A stretch of 64,000 bases of DNA from Macrostomum lignano (Eukaryota): the NCBI GenBank assembly GCA_002269645.1, contig NIVC01002405.1, positions 1 to 64,000 on the forward strand. The letters are read 5' to 3'. Shown here piece by piece: positions 1 through 11,700 of this stretch. A program made the position numbers and the translations under genes. A model generated the notes under the pieces. That model searched no databases, had not been told where the DNA came from, and saw only the letters and a program-made list of their open reading frames with translations. The first letter of the stretch is position 1. Every line of letters starts with the position of its first letter.

Positions 1-568
1 CGTAACACAAAGATTTACATCAACCAATAGTTAGACTTATTTTTAAAAGTACATATACACGATAATGACTAATTTTGTGACTGCTCGATTATGAATAAAT
101 GTATAATTGCCTTCCGCAATAGCCATAGTCAAAGTAAATATTATTCATTGCCAATTCTCAGTGTTTTACATAAAATTTTGGAACGCAATACAAACAGCAC
201 GTGAAGTCTTTTTCAGAAGACTTTTTTAAGTAAAACATAATGGGTTGAACTGAGCTATCGTCTGAGCCGCTGGCTAAATAAACTCGGCTTGGTATTACAT
301 CGAGGCGACATCCGCTTCGGGCCAGAGGTATTGTACGCACACTGTACTGCAGACTTCCATTGCACGCGCTTCGTGAGCTGCTTTGTGAGAAGTCACATGG
401 ACAGATAAGAAGCGTTCCACCTCAGTAAAGCAGGGCGGAGTGCGCTGTACGCGATAAGACCGGGGGTTTATAATTTCTGTGCTTGAATAAATTAAGCGAG
501 CAGAGGACCGACTGAGCTGGGCTTCAATCTCCGCACACCACATATCCTGAGCCCTCAATACCGAAGCC

Positions 569-943
569 ATGTCTTACAACAGCTATGCAGACACGTACGT
601 GCTCGTGTACTGGGTTATTGTCGCCGTGGTTGTGATCGTCATCCCGCTGATTGGCGGCATCGGCATCCTGTGCGCCTATTACTGCTGCTGCCGCGAGGCC
701 TGCCGTCCGCAGCTCGGCTCCAACCTGTTTGGCCGGAGTCCGCAGGCCGCCGCGGCCAGGGCTGTGCAGAATCCCAACCATGCTGGCCCACATGCTCAGG
801 TGTTTGTCACGCAGCAGTACCCGCAGCAGTACCCGCAGCAGTACCCACAGCAGTACCCACAGCAATACCCACAGCAGTACCCACAGCAGTACCCGCAGCA
901 GTACCTGCAACAGCCACCGCCTCCAGAGTACTCTGAGAAGTGA
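569..943 (+). CDS. Single-exon small membrane protein (124 aa): one TM helix, Cys cluster, (YPQQ)n repeat, C-terminal PPxY; CYYR1/WBP1/shisa-like architecture
   Basis: ATG in good context (gaagccATGt). Hydrophobic stretch VLVYWVIVAVVVIVIPLIGGIGILCAYY, then CCC, about 8 YPQQ repeats and PPPPEY. The flanks are AT-rich. No specific orthologue recognised. Confidence 0.75.
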   Translation: MSYNSYADTYVLVYWVIVAVVVIVIPLIGGIGILCAYYCCCREACRPQLGSNLFGRSPQAAAARAVQNPNHAGPHAQVFVTQQYPQQYPQQYPQQYPQQYPQQYPQQYPQQYLQQPPPPEYSEK

Positions 944-3050
944 GCCAAGCACGCGGAGGAGGTGCGCCTTGTCATCGAGAGTTTTTACAAAATTTGACTG
1001 TAGTTAATCTCGGTATAATTTGATGCCTCTATAAATAACTATTCATCATTCAATCGATTCAAAATGAACAGTAATTATTGTAAAATTGATGTGCGCCTCG
1101 ATTCTATTAATCACAGCAGTGATTATGTTATGTTATTGTGTTAATCACAATAAGCTTTGCGGTATCGCCCTGTGAATTTTTGCTCCCAATTATCTTTGCC
1201 TTTAACTACTTAAATTACATTAACTACTCGTATTAAGCTAACGATGATTCAGCATGGCCTTCGGGTTGACTTGATATCGTTACCTGACCAGTGCGGCCAG
1301 TATAGAACTGACTTTAGCAAAAGTGAGAGGCGCGGAGAGGGCGAAGCCCACGAGAGGAGAGGGGGGGGGGCGGAAACGGCGCAGCAGGAGTTTCTGTGCT
1401 TTCTGGGCCAAGATTTTCGAGCAGTAAAAGCCAATGTTCGCAAACTGTTTCCAAATGCTGCAATGGTCGTGGGGTGCCTTTCTGCGCAGATTGTCCGAGC
1501 CAGGCCTGCATGATTAATGCATTCACCTCCAGCGCACTTGTGTTATGGAACTGCACACTCTGCACTGAAAGTAAAACGCGAAGCTTTTCTAGTTGATAGA
1601 CCTGTCTGAAATGTTTTAGTCTTCACTTTCAGCTGGATTGCACCTGGTATTTATAAAACAAATTTGCTGTTAGCCAACTGTGTTCTGATTAGGCAAGGAT
1701 GTTAGTGTATTTATTCCGAAGCAAACAGAAGACAGTTGATCTCTAGCCGGTAGGGTGAATCCAAAGTACAACAAAAGGTGGAAAGATTTGCAGTTTGTTT
1801 ATTGGGCTGAACAGATGTTCCTCCGCGACACTCGGCCAATCCTAATTAGCGTCCTTGTGGCTAAAATTTTGACTGGTTGAAACCCCAAAATAGGAGCTAT
1901 GAATTTGGTTGCAGCGGCAGCAACTGGAATGGGGGGGCGCAATGAACCCCTGGACTCCTTTGACGTCTTGACTTGTTTACTTCGAGATCTGCGATATCAA
2001 TTCTTTTTAGCAATGTTTTCAATTTGCCAAATAGCATATGAAGCCAGTATGGGGTTCGAGCTCACTCATTAGCAGCTTATATTGCTCGTTAATGCTAAAA
2101 TCTGCTTACTCAATAAGCAAACGAATGAGCAGTCCCTCAGGCTCAGACTCACTGATTATGCAATTGACAGGCCGCTGCACTGCCGAACAATGGGCGTATC
2201 AAATGTCAGGCCGTGGAGGCGCAGGTGGGGAGAGGAGTCGGAGAGAAATACGAATGACAGCTCTTGTCTCCGCTAAGGTTGAAGGATGACAATCGAATGA
2301 CTGACAGTTGAAGAGCTCGAGGCTGCTGAATGGTGGGGGGGGGGCATAAATTCATACCCGACACCAACAGCGGCAGCAGAACAGGTTAAATAATAAATTC
2401 TAAACATTCTCAAGCATTGACTGACTGACTCGATCGAAGCCGGGCATTGCAACTGGCCATAAAATGACGAGTAGAAAATCTGTTTATCAGCGAATACGCG
2501 GGACCGAGGCTCACGTAGCAATAATATCAAATATTCATTTGGCACTCGAGAAGCCCCCCCCCCGGGCCAGTGGAGTCGCGTTGCCGAAGGCAGGCGGAGG
2601 ACCTCATCTACGGGATCCCCCGCGGCGCTGGCGCCTACTCATTTCTCTCTGCCAGGCCCAACTCAAGCACCTTCTCAATGCAGTGCGCTTCACCTCCAGC
2701 CACACAGCAACTGCGTTTGTCCCTGTGGGAAGGTGAGAAGCGGCAAAAATTAATTAACGCCGACCTGTCCCAGGTGAGACGGAGAGGCTGTTGCCTCGGG
2801 AATGAGGCAGAAATGAGGGACTCCGCGACGTGCAGTTGAGAGCATGCCCAGCCTCGCTTTGCCTCTACACCTCAGCTGCTTCTGGAATTTCCTCTGGAGA
2901 GGGTCCGCGCGCCGTGGTCAGTCAGTCGCTGCCGCCTCATTGACACGCCCTGCTTCATCTGCGCTCTTCACCGTCCATTGAATATTCTTTCTTTATCTGC
3001 TATATTGTGTCAGGCCATCTTAGAAGGGTTTTAGGGCTCTGCCAGAAAAG

Positions 3051-3212
<162 letters not shown>

Positions 3213-4593
3213 TTCTGCAGGGTGTTATTTTATACGGGGTTATTTCGCTCTCCCTCTATCTATTAACAGCTGGCCGCTGTGGTCAGTTAATCGTCCAAAT
3301 CTCTGAGAGCAAGTCGTGACTGCCTGCAGGAAGCCACCGCCTGGCTACACAGTGTCAGTGCCGATTGTTGACCTGTTCACCCATGTTTCACCAACTGGCA
3401 ATTTCTGATCTGTAATTTATTGCATCAGTTGTTATCGCGATCTGCGATACACTGTTGCCCTACCGAGATGAATAAGAAGTGCACCTGCTGCGATAAGCTT
3501 TCAGTGCTTTGAACCGCGCATTTCACTCGTACTGGACAGAGATGCATGCCAGAAAAGGACTAAACAATTAGGACAACATGGGACTTGTTGAAAATATCAC
3601 TGAAGATCAAATCTCGTATCTCGGTTGTGTAAAGCCAGCCTTGGCTAATGTGGAAATGTATTTATTGCATGGGCCGCATAGCAACGCCCTGAGCAGCCTT
3701 CCTCAAGCCCAAGCCCTCCGGCTTGCAATTCTGCAACAGGCCGAAATTCTCCAACCGCTTGCCGGGATTTGGCCGCAGCCGGGCCATCTGGGGATTTCTG
3801 AAACTGCACTGAACCAGAATGGGGGATTCAGCTGCTTGTGCTGCCTCTGGGCCCACTTGAGCAGAATGCGCGAGCTGCCTATGGCCATTTTCAACCACTT
3901 GAGAAGGCCCGGGACGACCGAGGAGAGGCGAGGAGTTCAGCTGTGGCGCGCGGAGCGATTTGTAGAAAGGGTGGGGGGACAGTTTTCCCCAAAGAAACAA
4001 TTGGACCACTTCAATTGAGCCCTGAACGAGAGAGAAAATGAAAAACTGGGAAACCGAGACAAGAGAGAGAGCAAACCAATCTTGAGCATTCCATTCTCTG
4101 CAGTCTTCTCCACGATCAAAGTAAGTGGCGGCCCGGCTCAGCTTATAACCTCCCTGCTGCCTCCCCGGGGAACTGCATCGATTGTTGCCCCAACCTCCCC
4201 CCCACTCCGAATCCCCCGGCATCAAAGCTGGGAACAGAAGCGAATTGAAATCAATCAGAGGAGGCCAGCGCACCGACCGCATTGCCCATTTCCCAACAGG
4301 GGAGGAGAGGCTTTGGGAAGAATTTCCCGCCGGGTGAGTCACTGACATGGCGGGAGAGCTGCAATTTTGCCGTCACGAAGCCGCGAGAAAAAAATCGAAA
4401 AGCGATTCGGTCCATACTACTGACGTTACAGACATAAATTTGAACTGCAGAAAATTTGGGGAAAATGGAACATTTTCTCACTGAGATTGATTGATTTGTT
4501 TGCCTTATATTTCGAATGTTTCTGTCCGAAAAATAGCAGAAAAATAGCAGTCCGTTGCGTTAAAAAAGACAAAAAAAACATGAAAAATAATTA

Positions 4594-4665
4594 AGGTCCC
4601 ACCGAGACTCGAACTCGGGTCGCTGGATTCAGAGTCCAGAGTGCTAACCGCTACACCATGGGACC
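4594..4665 (-). tRNA. trnQ-CTG: tRNA-Gln (anticodon CTG)
   Basis: Reverse complement is GGTCCCATGGTGTAGCGGTTAGCACTCTGGACTCTGAATCCAGCGACCCGAGTTCGAGTCTCGGTGGGACCT: 72 nt, 7-bp acceptor stem, A and B boxes, CTG anticodon, U discriminator. A T-run terminator follows a few nt downstream. Confidence 0.97.
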
Positions 4666-5756
4666 GCCTGGCTGGGCACGGCGAAGAGGCGGGCCCTTAA
4701 CTCCGGTCCGCTGTTGCAACTGGGGTGGTGGGCCGGGATGTACATTCACTCACGCAGTGTACATTGATTGGGACTGTCCGGAGAGCGATAAGACGCCGGC
4801 CCGAAATATCCGACCAGCCCTGGCTGATAACAACGGCGTTGAAGCTCCAACGCAACAGAGCTCAAGTTCGGCGTGCACTTTTAATTTACAGTAAATTACA
4901 GCGGCGGAATGCTTGCTAGATTGTATGCTGTAAACCAACTGTGCGAAATTGTAGCAGAAATTGTAGCCAGCAGAACAAGACAATAAAAACATTGTACGAA
5001 TTCATATCTGATACAGGTAAGCGGCATGAGTCGGACAAAGGTAGAGGAAAAATTCAATTTTTTGAAAATAAACGAATTTGGGGACAAATTACGCTAAGCT
5101 ATTAGGGAAAAATCAGTTGCAAAAATAAATATTTTTCATTTACAAACCACGATGTAGAAAGTTGCATATGCTTTCGTGCAGAATTAGAGGCATGGAGCAT
5201 TTAAGCTTGGACCAATAACTATAACTGTATTGTCTGCTAAGGGCTTCATGCAGGGCCGCGCCTGAGGTAGATGATAGATGCTTTCGACCCGAGTATACTA
5301 CTTGTCAGAAAGTAGCATCACAGTTGGTGTTGAACTCCGCTAGCCTAATGCCTTGAATAGGCGGGTTTTACAGCTTTCAGATGCACTGTTTCACAGTGAC
5401 TTGGGAATGTAATCGCATTTGGACTGTCGGAATGTACCAAGCTCTTCCACGGCAGGTGCAAAGCGAAGCGGCTAGACAAGACGAGATGGGAACAATGTGG
5501 GTGAAGGACAGCACATCAACCAATAAGAGCAGACGGGATAAGCATTAAGGGAAAAAGAGTTAAAAAATATTAGAATTTAGGAGTTTCATCGGAAATAACT
5601 GATGCACACTCTGCTGCTCCAAGAACTGCATCGCGCAGATCCGCATGCTGTGTCAATTCAATAACCAGCCCAGTAAGCTTACAGAAATCATTGTCAGGCA
5701 ACTCCAAGAATAAGAAATTCCCCTTGTCCTTGTAAACTCTGGTGGAAATCTGACAG

Positions 5757-8700
5757 TTACAACAGGCGGCAGGTGGCAGTCTGAGGCGCCTTCCGAAACT
5801 GCAAACCGTTGGCAGCTCCGGCCTGCTGTCGGTGGCCCGGATCAGCTGACTCGGGTGGCGGCGTCCCGGTCTCGTCTTTCTCGAACACCGGGTCGCTCAG
5901 CCTGTGCCGGCCTTCGCTAGGGGCGGCTCCGTTTGCCACCTTGACGGCGCCGGAGGAAGCCGCTGCGCTGGCCGAGCCTGACGCTTTGCCAGCGAAGGGG
6001 TTCGGGGTGGCCGCTTTCAGCGTGCGCTTGGCGTGGCCCAGCAGGAAGTAGGTGCTCATAAGCCCCTTGCCTTTGATGTTGATCTCGCCGCGACCTTCAA
6101 ACTTGTAGCCCTTGTCGGCGCACTTCTCGGTTAAAACTCTGGAGGAAGATTTCGGAAGATTTCGGAGTTATAGTAGAAATGTATTTCTTAAACGACGCAG
6201 AATACACTCTCTACTTTCTCACTTGTAGGTGGTCGGGCTGACGTGAATTCGACTGGGCACCCCGTGGCTCTCCATGCGCGAGGCCACGTTAACGGTGTCA
6301 CCGAACAAGCAGAAGCGGGGCATCTTGTCGCCAACGACTCCGGCCACTGTGGGTCCGGTGTGCATGCCCACTCGGATCTGGGGTAGAATTGGTTTGGTGA
6401 ATGAAAATCGTTATTTTTCTGATAGAAGCTGATAGTATTAACCTCTCTTTTACCTGAAGCGGCAGGTTAGTGACTGGCGAAGCCACCCGACAGGAGGCCT
6501 CGATCATGTCCATGGCCTGCTCACTGACAAAGTGCGCGTGCTGGTCTGTGCGCTCCGGAACTCCGCCAACCACCATGTACGCGTCGCCGATCGTCTCCAC
6601 CTTGTAGACCTTGTTGACCTCCGTGGCCTTGTCGAACAGCGAGTACAGGTTGTTCAGCATGTCCACAATGTTCATGGGCGTGCACTGGCTGGCGATGTCC
6701 GTGAAGGTGACAATGTCCGAGAACAGGATCGTGCAGATCTCGTATTTCTCTGCGGATGTGAGAATTGCACCTCCCGAGGCGGCGGTCCAACAGAAAGGAG
6801 AAACACTTGGAATGTCGCGTGTTCGCTCACCGGCTGCGACCCGCTTTCCCTCCAGCAACTGCTTGGCAACCTTTGAAGGCAGCATCTGGGACAGCAGCGT
6901 GTGCGTCTTCTTCTTCTCGTCCTCCAGCTCCGCAGTCATCTTCTTCATCTCATTCGTCATCTCATCCATGTGCTTGCTGATCTCAATCTCTGCCAGGCGT
7001 TGCTGGTTCACCTGAGAGGGCGGGGGCGCGGCGGTCAAGGGGCAAAGGGTGGAGTCCGGATGCTGCCACCACAGTGAAGATGATAGGCTATAGGTTCGTT
7101 CACACCACTATCAAAACAGGCCAACTGTTGCATGATGACATGGCTTATGCAACTTTTTGTGGCTTTTTACTTGTACATTAGTCATGACATTCGACGGCTC
7201 AATTTGATACCGGTCTGAGCGAACCTTAACTTCGGTAAACTACAGCATGAAATCCCTTGGACCCACCTGCAGCAATTCGCGGGTCACGTCGTAGAGCGGC
7301 AGGTCGGACATGAAAATATTCTTCTCCATCATTTCGCTCAGCGTCATCACGCGAGGTGAGCAGACGAATAGAAAAAGGTTTGTGTCCTCCATGAATATCA
7401 TCTGGCCTAAAGTTCAATAGTGAGCTGCGTAAGGTTCGATTCAAATGTAGCAGCTGGTAAAAACTTCATCACCTTTGACGAGTAAAGAGCTCTGCAAAAA
7501 CTCATCACTTGTCCCACTCATCACCTTGATGAGCAGCGAGCTCTCCTCTGGACACGCATCTCCTGCCCCATCCCTTACCCTTGATGAGCAGAGAGCTCTC
7601 CTCTGGACACGCATCTCCCGCCCCATCCCTTACCCTTAATGAGCAGCGAGCTCTCTGTACAGTCATCTTCGATGGACCGTTTGAGGCGCAGCGTAAATGA
7701 CGAGTTCAGAAACCGCTTGATATAGTGAGACGAGAAGTTAACAGGCGGATTGACCAGCTCGCAGACCTCCGTGAGTTTCACCACGCTGTCCTTGAAGCGC
7801 AGAGTCTGACAAACCGACTGGATGGCGGCGCCGCTCTGCTTTATGAAGAGCAACGAGTCGAAGATGATGTGGTAGGGAAAGTAGCGCACAAAGGACTTGA
7901 CGGTGATGAGGCTCTTGCTGGGGTAGCAGGGCTGCACGAAGTCGTCCAAGCTGGCTGCCAGGGAGCTGTGCGAGGCGAAGCTAATGAGGATGCGCACGTG
8001 AGTCTGGTAGCGGCTCTCTGGGGGAAAGTCCGTGTCGATGTCCATGACCTTCAGCTGGATCTCCGTGCTGAAGATCTCCTTGGCCACCGTGGTGAGCATG
8101 CCTGCATCGGGGAGGGGAGATCATCCCGGCCTTTGTGTGTCTTTTCCAGTATGCTAAAAAATATCTGGTCTAAATGTCCGAGAACTAAAAAAGCATTTGA
8201 AAAGCCTAATTTCCTGTAGTACATGTAGGTAGAAATTCAGACTGCAAAATAAGTAGTTATGAGGCAAACAAATGGGCTTTGAAAGCAGAAAACTGACAAA
8301 GGCTGATAAAATTAGATGGGATTCAGTGCCGATGAATGGATGACTTGAGTCTTCTAGAATTTATAACAGTAATTTTGGGTATGAATTACGAGGGGTGCGC
8401 AAAAAGTTTTGGCAACTGGGTTCCCAATTGCAGATAAATTGTTAGTAAATCTTAAAACGTTATTAAAGTCCTTCAATGTAATCTCCGCCACGTTCTATGC
8501 ATTTCTGGTGACGGCGGATCCATGCCTCGAAGGCAGCGCGGTACTCTGAAGCTGGCATGGTGTTCAGCTCTGAATTAATGCGGCGAGCCAGGTCTTGGGG
8601 CCGCTGAAAATGGCATCCAGCCATGCGTTCGGTCAGCTTCGGGAATGCCCAGAAGTCGCAGGGTGCCAAATCAGGACTGTACGGAGGGTGCGGTATCACT

Positions 8701-11700
8701 TTGAGCTTGTTATCGGCCAAAAAGCTCGTTGTCATGGCCGCAGTGTGGCTGGAGGCATTGTCGTGGTGCAAGTGAATTCTGCCACTTTGGAGGCGGGTTG
8801 GCTGCTTTTCCATGACTGAAGCCACGACTTTAGGCAAAACCTCGCCAGTATAGAACGTGGCATTGACGTTCTGTCCATTTGGCACCATAACAACTGTCTC
8901 TGGCCCGTTGATGCTGAAAAAGACGACGAACATCTGCTTCCTTGAGCGAAACCCTGGGCGCAGAACAGTTGGACGGTCTTCATCGGAACCAATCCAAACC
9001 TTGTTTTGGTTCTTGTGAGGCACTTGGAAGTAGTAGAACCACTTCTCATCACCAGTCACGACATCAGTAAGTCGTTTAGTGCCACCTTCGCCGAAGCATC
9101 GCAGAAATTCTTGGCTGCATCGAACCCTCTCCTGCTTCTGCTCTGCTGTCAGTGCATGAGGTACCCAACGGGCCGTGACCTTGCGGAGGCCAAGATGGTC
9201 ATGCAAGATGGTTCGGACACTGCCATCAGAAATGCCGATTGTCTGGCTAAGTAGTGCAACAGTGATATTGCGATCTTCGTCCACCAGCTGTCGCACAGCA
9301 ACAATGTTCTGCTCGGTCACGGATGTCATTGGCCTCCCAGAACGAGGGCTGTCGGTCATGGAGCGTCGACCAGCACTGACCAATTCAATCCAACGGGCGA
9401 CGGTGCGGTACGAAGGGGCTTGATCTGCTACAACTTGGACTAGCTCGGCATGAATTTTGGTGGCATTTTCTCCGAGCTGCGATCGCATGAAAACATAAAA
9501 TCTCCACTGATCAGCAGTGATATTTTCCATTTGAAGGCTGAAAACGAGACTGTACGTTAATCAAAATGCTCTAGGAAGCGAAAAAATCAATGCAATGAGC
9601 TGAAAACTTATGGACAAACGCAAAATATGGTCATATTTATGAGATTAAAAAATGGCTACGTTTAAACGTTTATTTAAAAAGGAGCCAGTTGCCAAGACTT
9701 TTTGCGCACCCCTCGTATAAAGAGAAAATTCTCCAGACTTTCGTCAGCAAATCAAAAGCCGTTAGCTTATAACGGCATCGATTGCAGCCGTTATACTTGC
9801 TCTTCTCTGTTGCTCTTTAATTTGATCGGAGCATCCCATCTTGCTGCAGAAAGTCAATTCGACTTGATTCGACCTGACTGCTGTCGACTGATAGCTCTGT
9901 TGAATTTTGCTTGACCACTTTCTGCAGTTCACCCTGCCGTGATTGGTCAGCAGCTCTGATCTCCAGTTCACCCTGCTGTGATTGGGCAGCAGCTCTGATC
10001 TCCAGTTCACCCTGCTGTGATTGGTCAGCAGCTCTGATCTCCAGTTCACCCTGCTGTGATTGGGCAGCAGCTCTGATCTCCAGTTCACCCTGCTGTGATT
10101 GGGCAGCAGCTCTGATCTCCAGTTCACCCTGCTGTGATTGGTCAGCAGCTCTGATCTCCAGTTCACCCTGCTGTGATTGGTCAGCAGCTCTGATCTCCAG
10201 TTCACCCTGCTGTGATTGGTCAGCAGCTCTGATCTCCAGTTCACCCTGCTGTGATTGGGCAGCAGCTCTGATTTCCAGTTTCACCCTGCTGTGATTGGTC
10301 AGCAGCTCTGATCTCCAGTTCACCCTGCTGTGATTGGTCAGCAGCTCTGATCTCCAGTTCACCCTGCTGTGATTGGGCCGCAGCTCTGATCTCCAGTTCA
10401 CCCTGCTGTGATTGGGCAGCAGCTCTGATCTCAGTTCACCCTGCTGTGATTGGGCAGCAGCTCTGATCTCCAGTTCACCCTGCTGTGATTGGGCAGCAGC
10501 TCTGATTTCCAGTTTCACCCTGCTGTGATTGGTCAGCAGCTCTGATCTCCAGTTCACCCTGCTGTGATTGGTCAGCAGCTCTGATCTCCAGTTCACCCTG
10601 CTGTGATTGGTCAGCAGCTCTGATCTCCAGTTCACCCTGCTGTGATTGGGCAGCAGCTCTGATTTCCAGTTTCACCCTGCTGTGATTGGTCAGCAGCTCT
10701 GATCTCCAGTTCACCCTGCTGTGATTGGTCAGCAGCTCTGATCTCCAGTTCACCCTGCTGTGATTGGTCAGCAGCTCTGATCTCCAGTTCACCCTGCTGT
10801 GATTGGGCAGCGGCTCTGATTTCCAGTTTCACCCTGCTGTGATTGGTCAGCAGCTCTGATCTCCAGTTCACCCTGCTGTGATTGGTCAGCAGCTCTGATC
10901 TCCAGTTCACCCTGCTGTGATTGGTCAGCAGCTCTGATCTCCAGTTCACCCTGCCGTGATTGGTCAGCAGCTCTGATCTCCAGTTCACCCTGCTGTGATT
11001 GGTCAGCAGCTCTGATCTCCAGTTCACCCTGCTGTGATTGGGCAGCAGCTCTGATCTCCAGTTCACCCTGCTGTGATTGGTCAGCAGCTCTGAGCTGCAG
11101 TTCACTCCTGTTTGACACTCCTACGCCCTGATCTCCAGGCTATGCTACATGTCGACAGGAAAAAGTATGCGCATTTCAGCACTGGGCTCGGCGGCTATAG
11201 CCTTCTAGCGGAAAGAATCTATCGAAACTTCGAGACTACGAGCTACATCCTGAGAGGGCTACGCAACGCGTCGCTACGCACCCAGGCCTCGGGTAAGCTG
11301 GCCAGACCAGCCGAGCTCGCATCCAGCAGCAGCAGCAGCAGCCTCAGCAAGACAAAGCCGATGAAGGAGTAAATTAATTAAAATACGGGGAACGGGCTGA
11401 CCTGAGGAGTGCCCGGGACGGGACTCGGTCCGAATGCACTAATGAGTTCGCCGACTACCTGCCGGTTTCTTTGGCTTGCTGGAGGATTATGAGGGAGCAG
11501 TGAGCAGAAAGTAGTTTCCAAAGCACTGTCCGAATTTCCCTTATTTAGCATTGATGACAGGCAGTCTCCGAAGCCCGGGGGAAACGGTCTCTCCTTGCGG
11601 CCCCCTCATCGTCTCTAAGCAAGCCCATCGAGCCGCAGTTTCAATGGATTATGAGCGATTACGGACCAGATTCTGGGCCGAATGATTGAATTTGGTTAGG

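Noticed and set aside
3578-4348. Overlapping 146-aa and 228-aa ORFs
   Set aside because: No recognisable motif or splice-compatible partner exon; GC-rich non-coding sequence explains the open frames.
11112-11460. GC-rich island with a (CAG)n run inside sGC intron 5
   Set aside because: No frame gives a recognisable domain, and sGC exons 5 and 6 join in phase without it.
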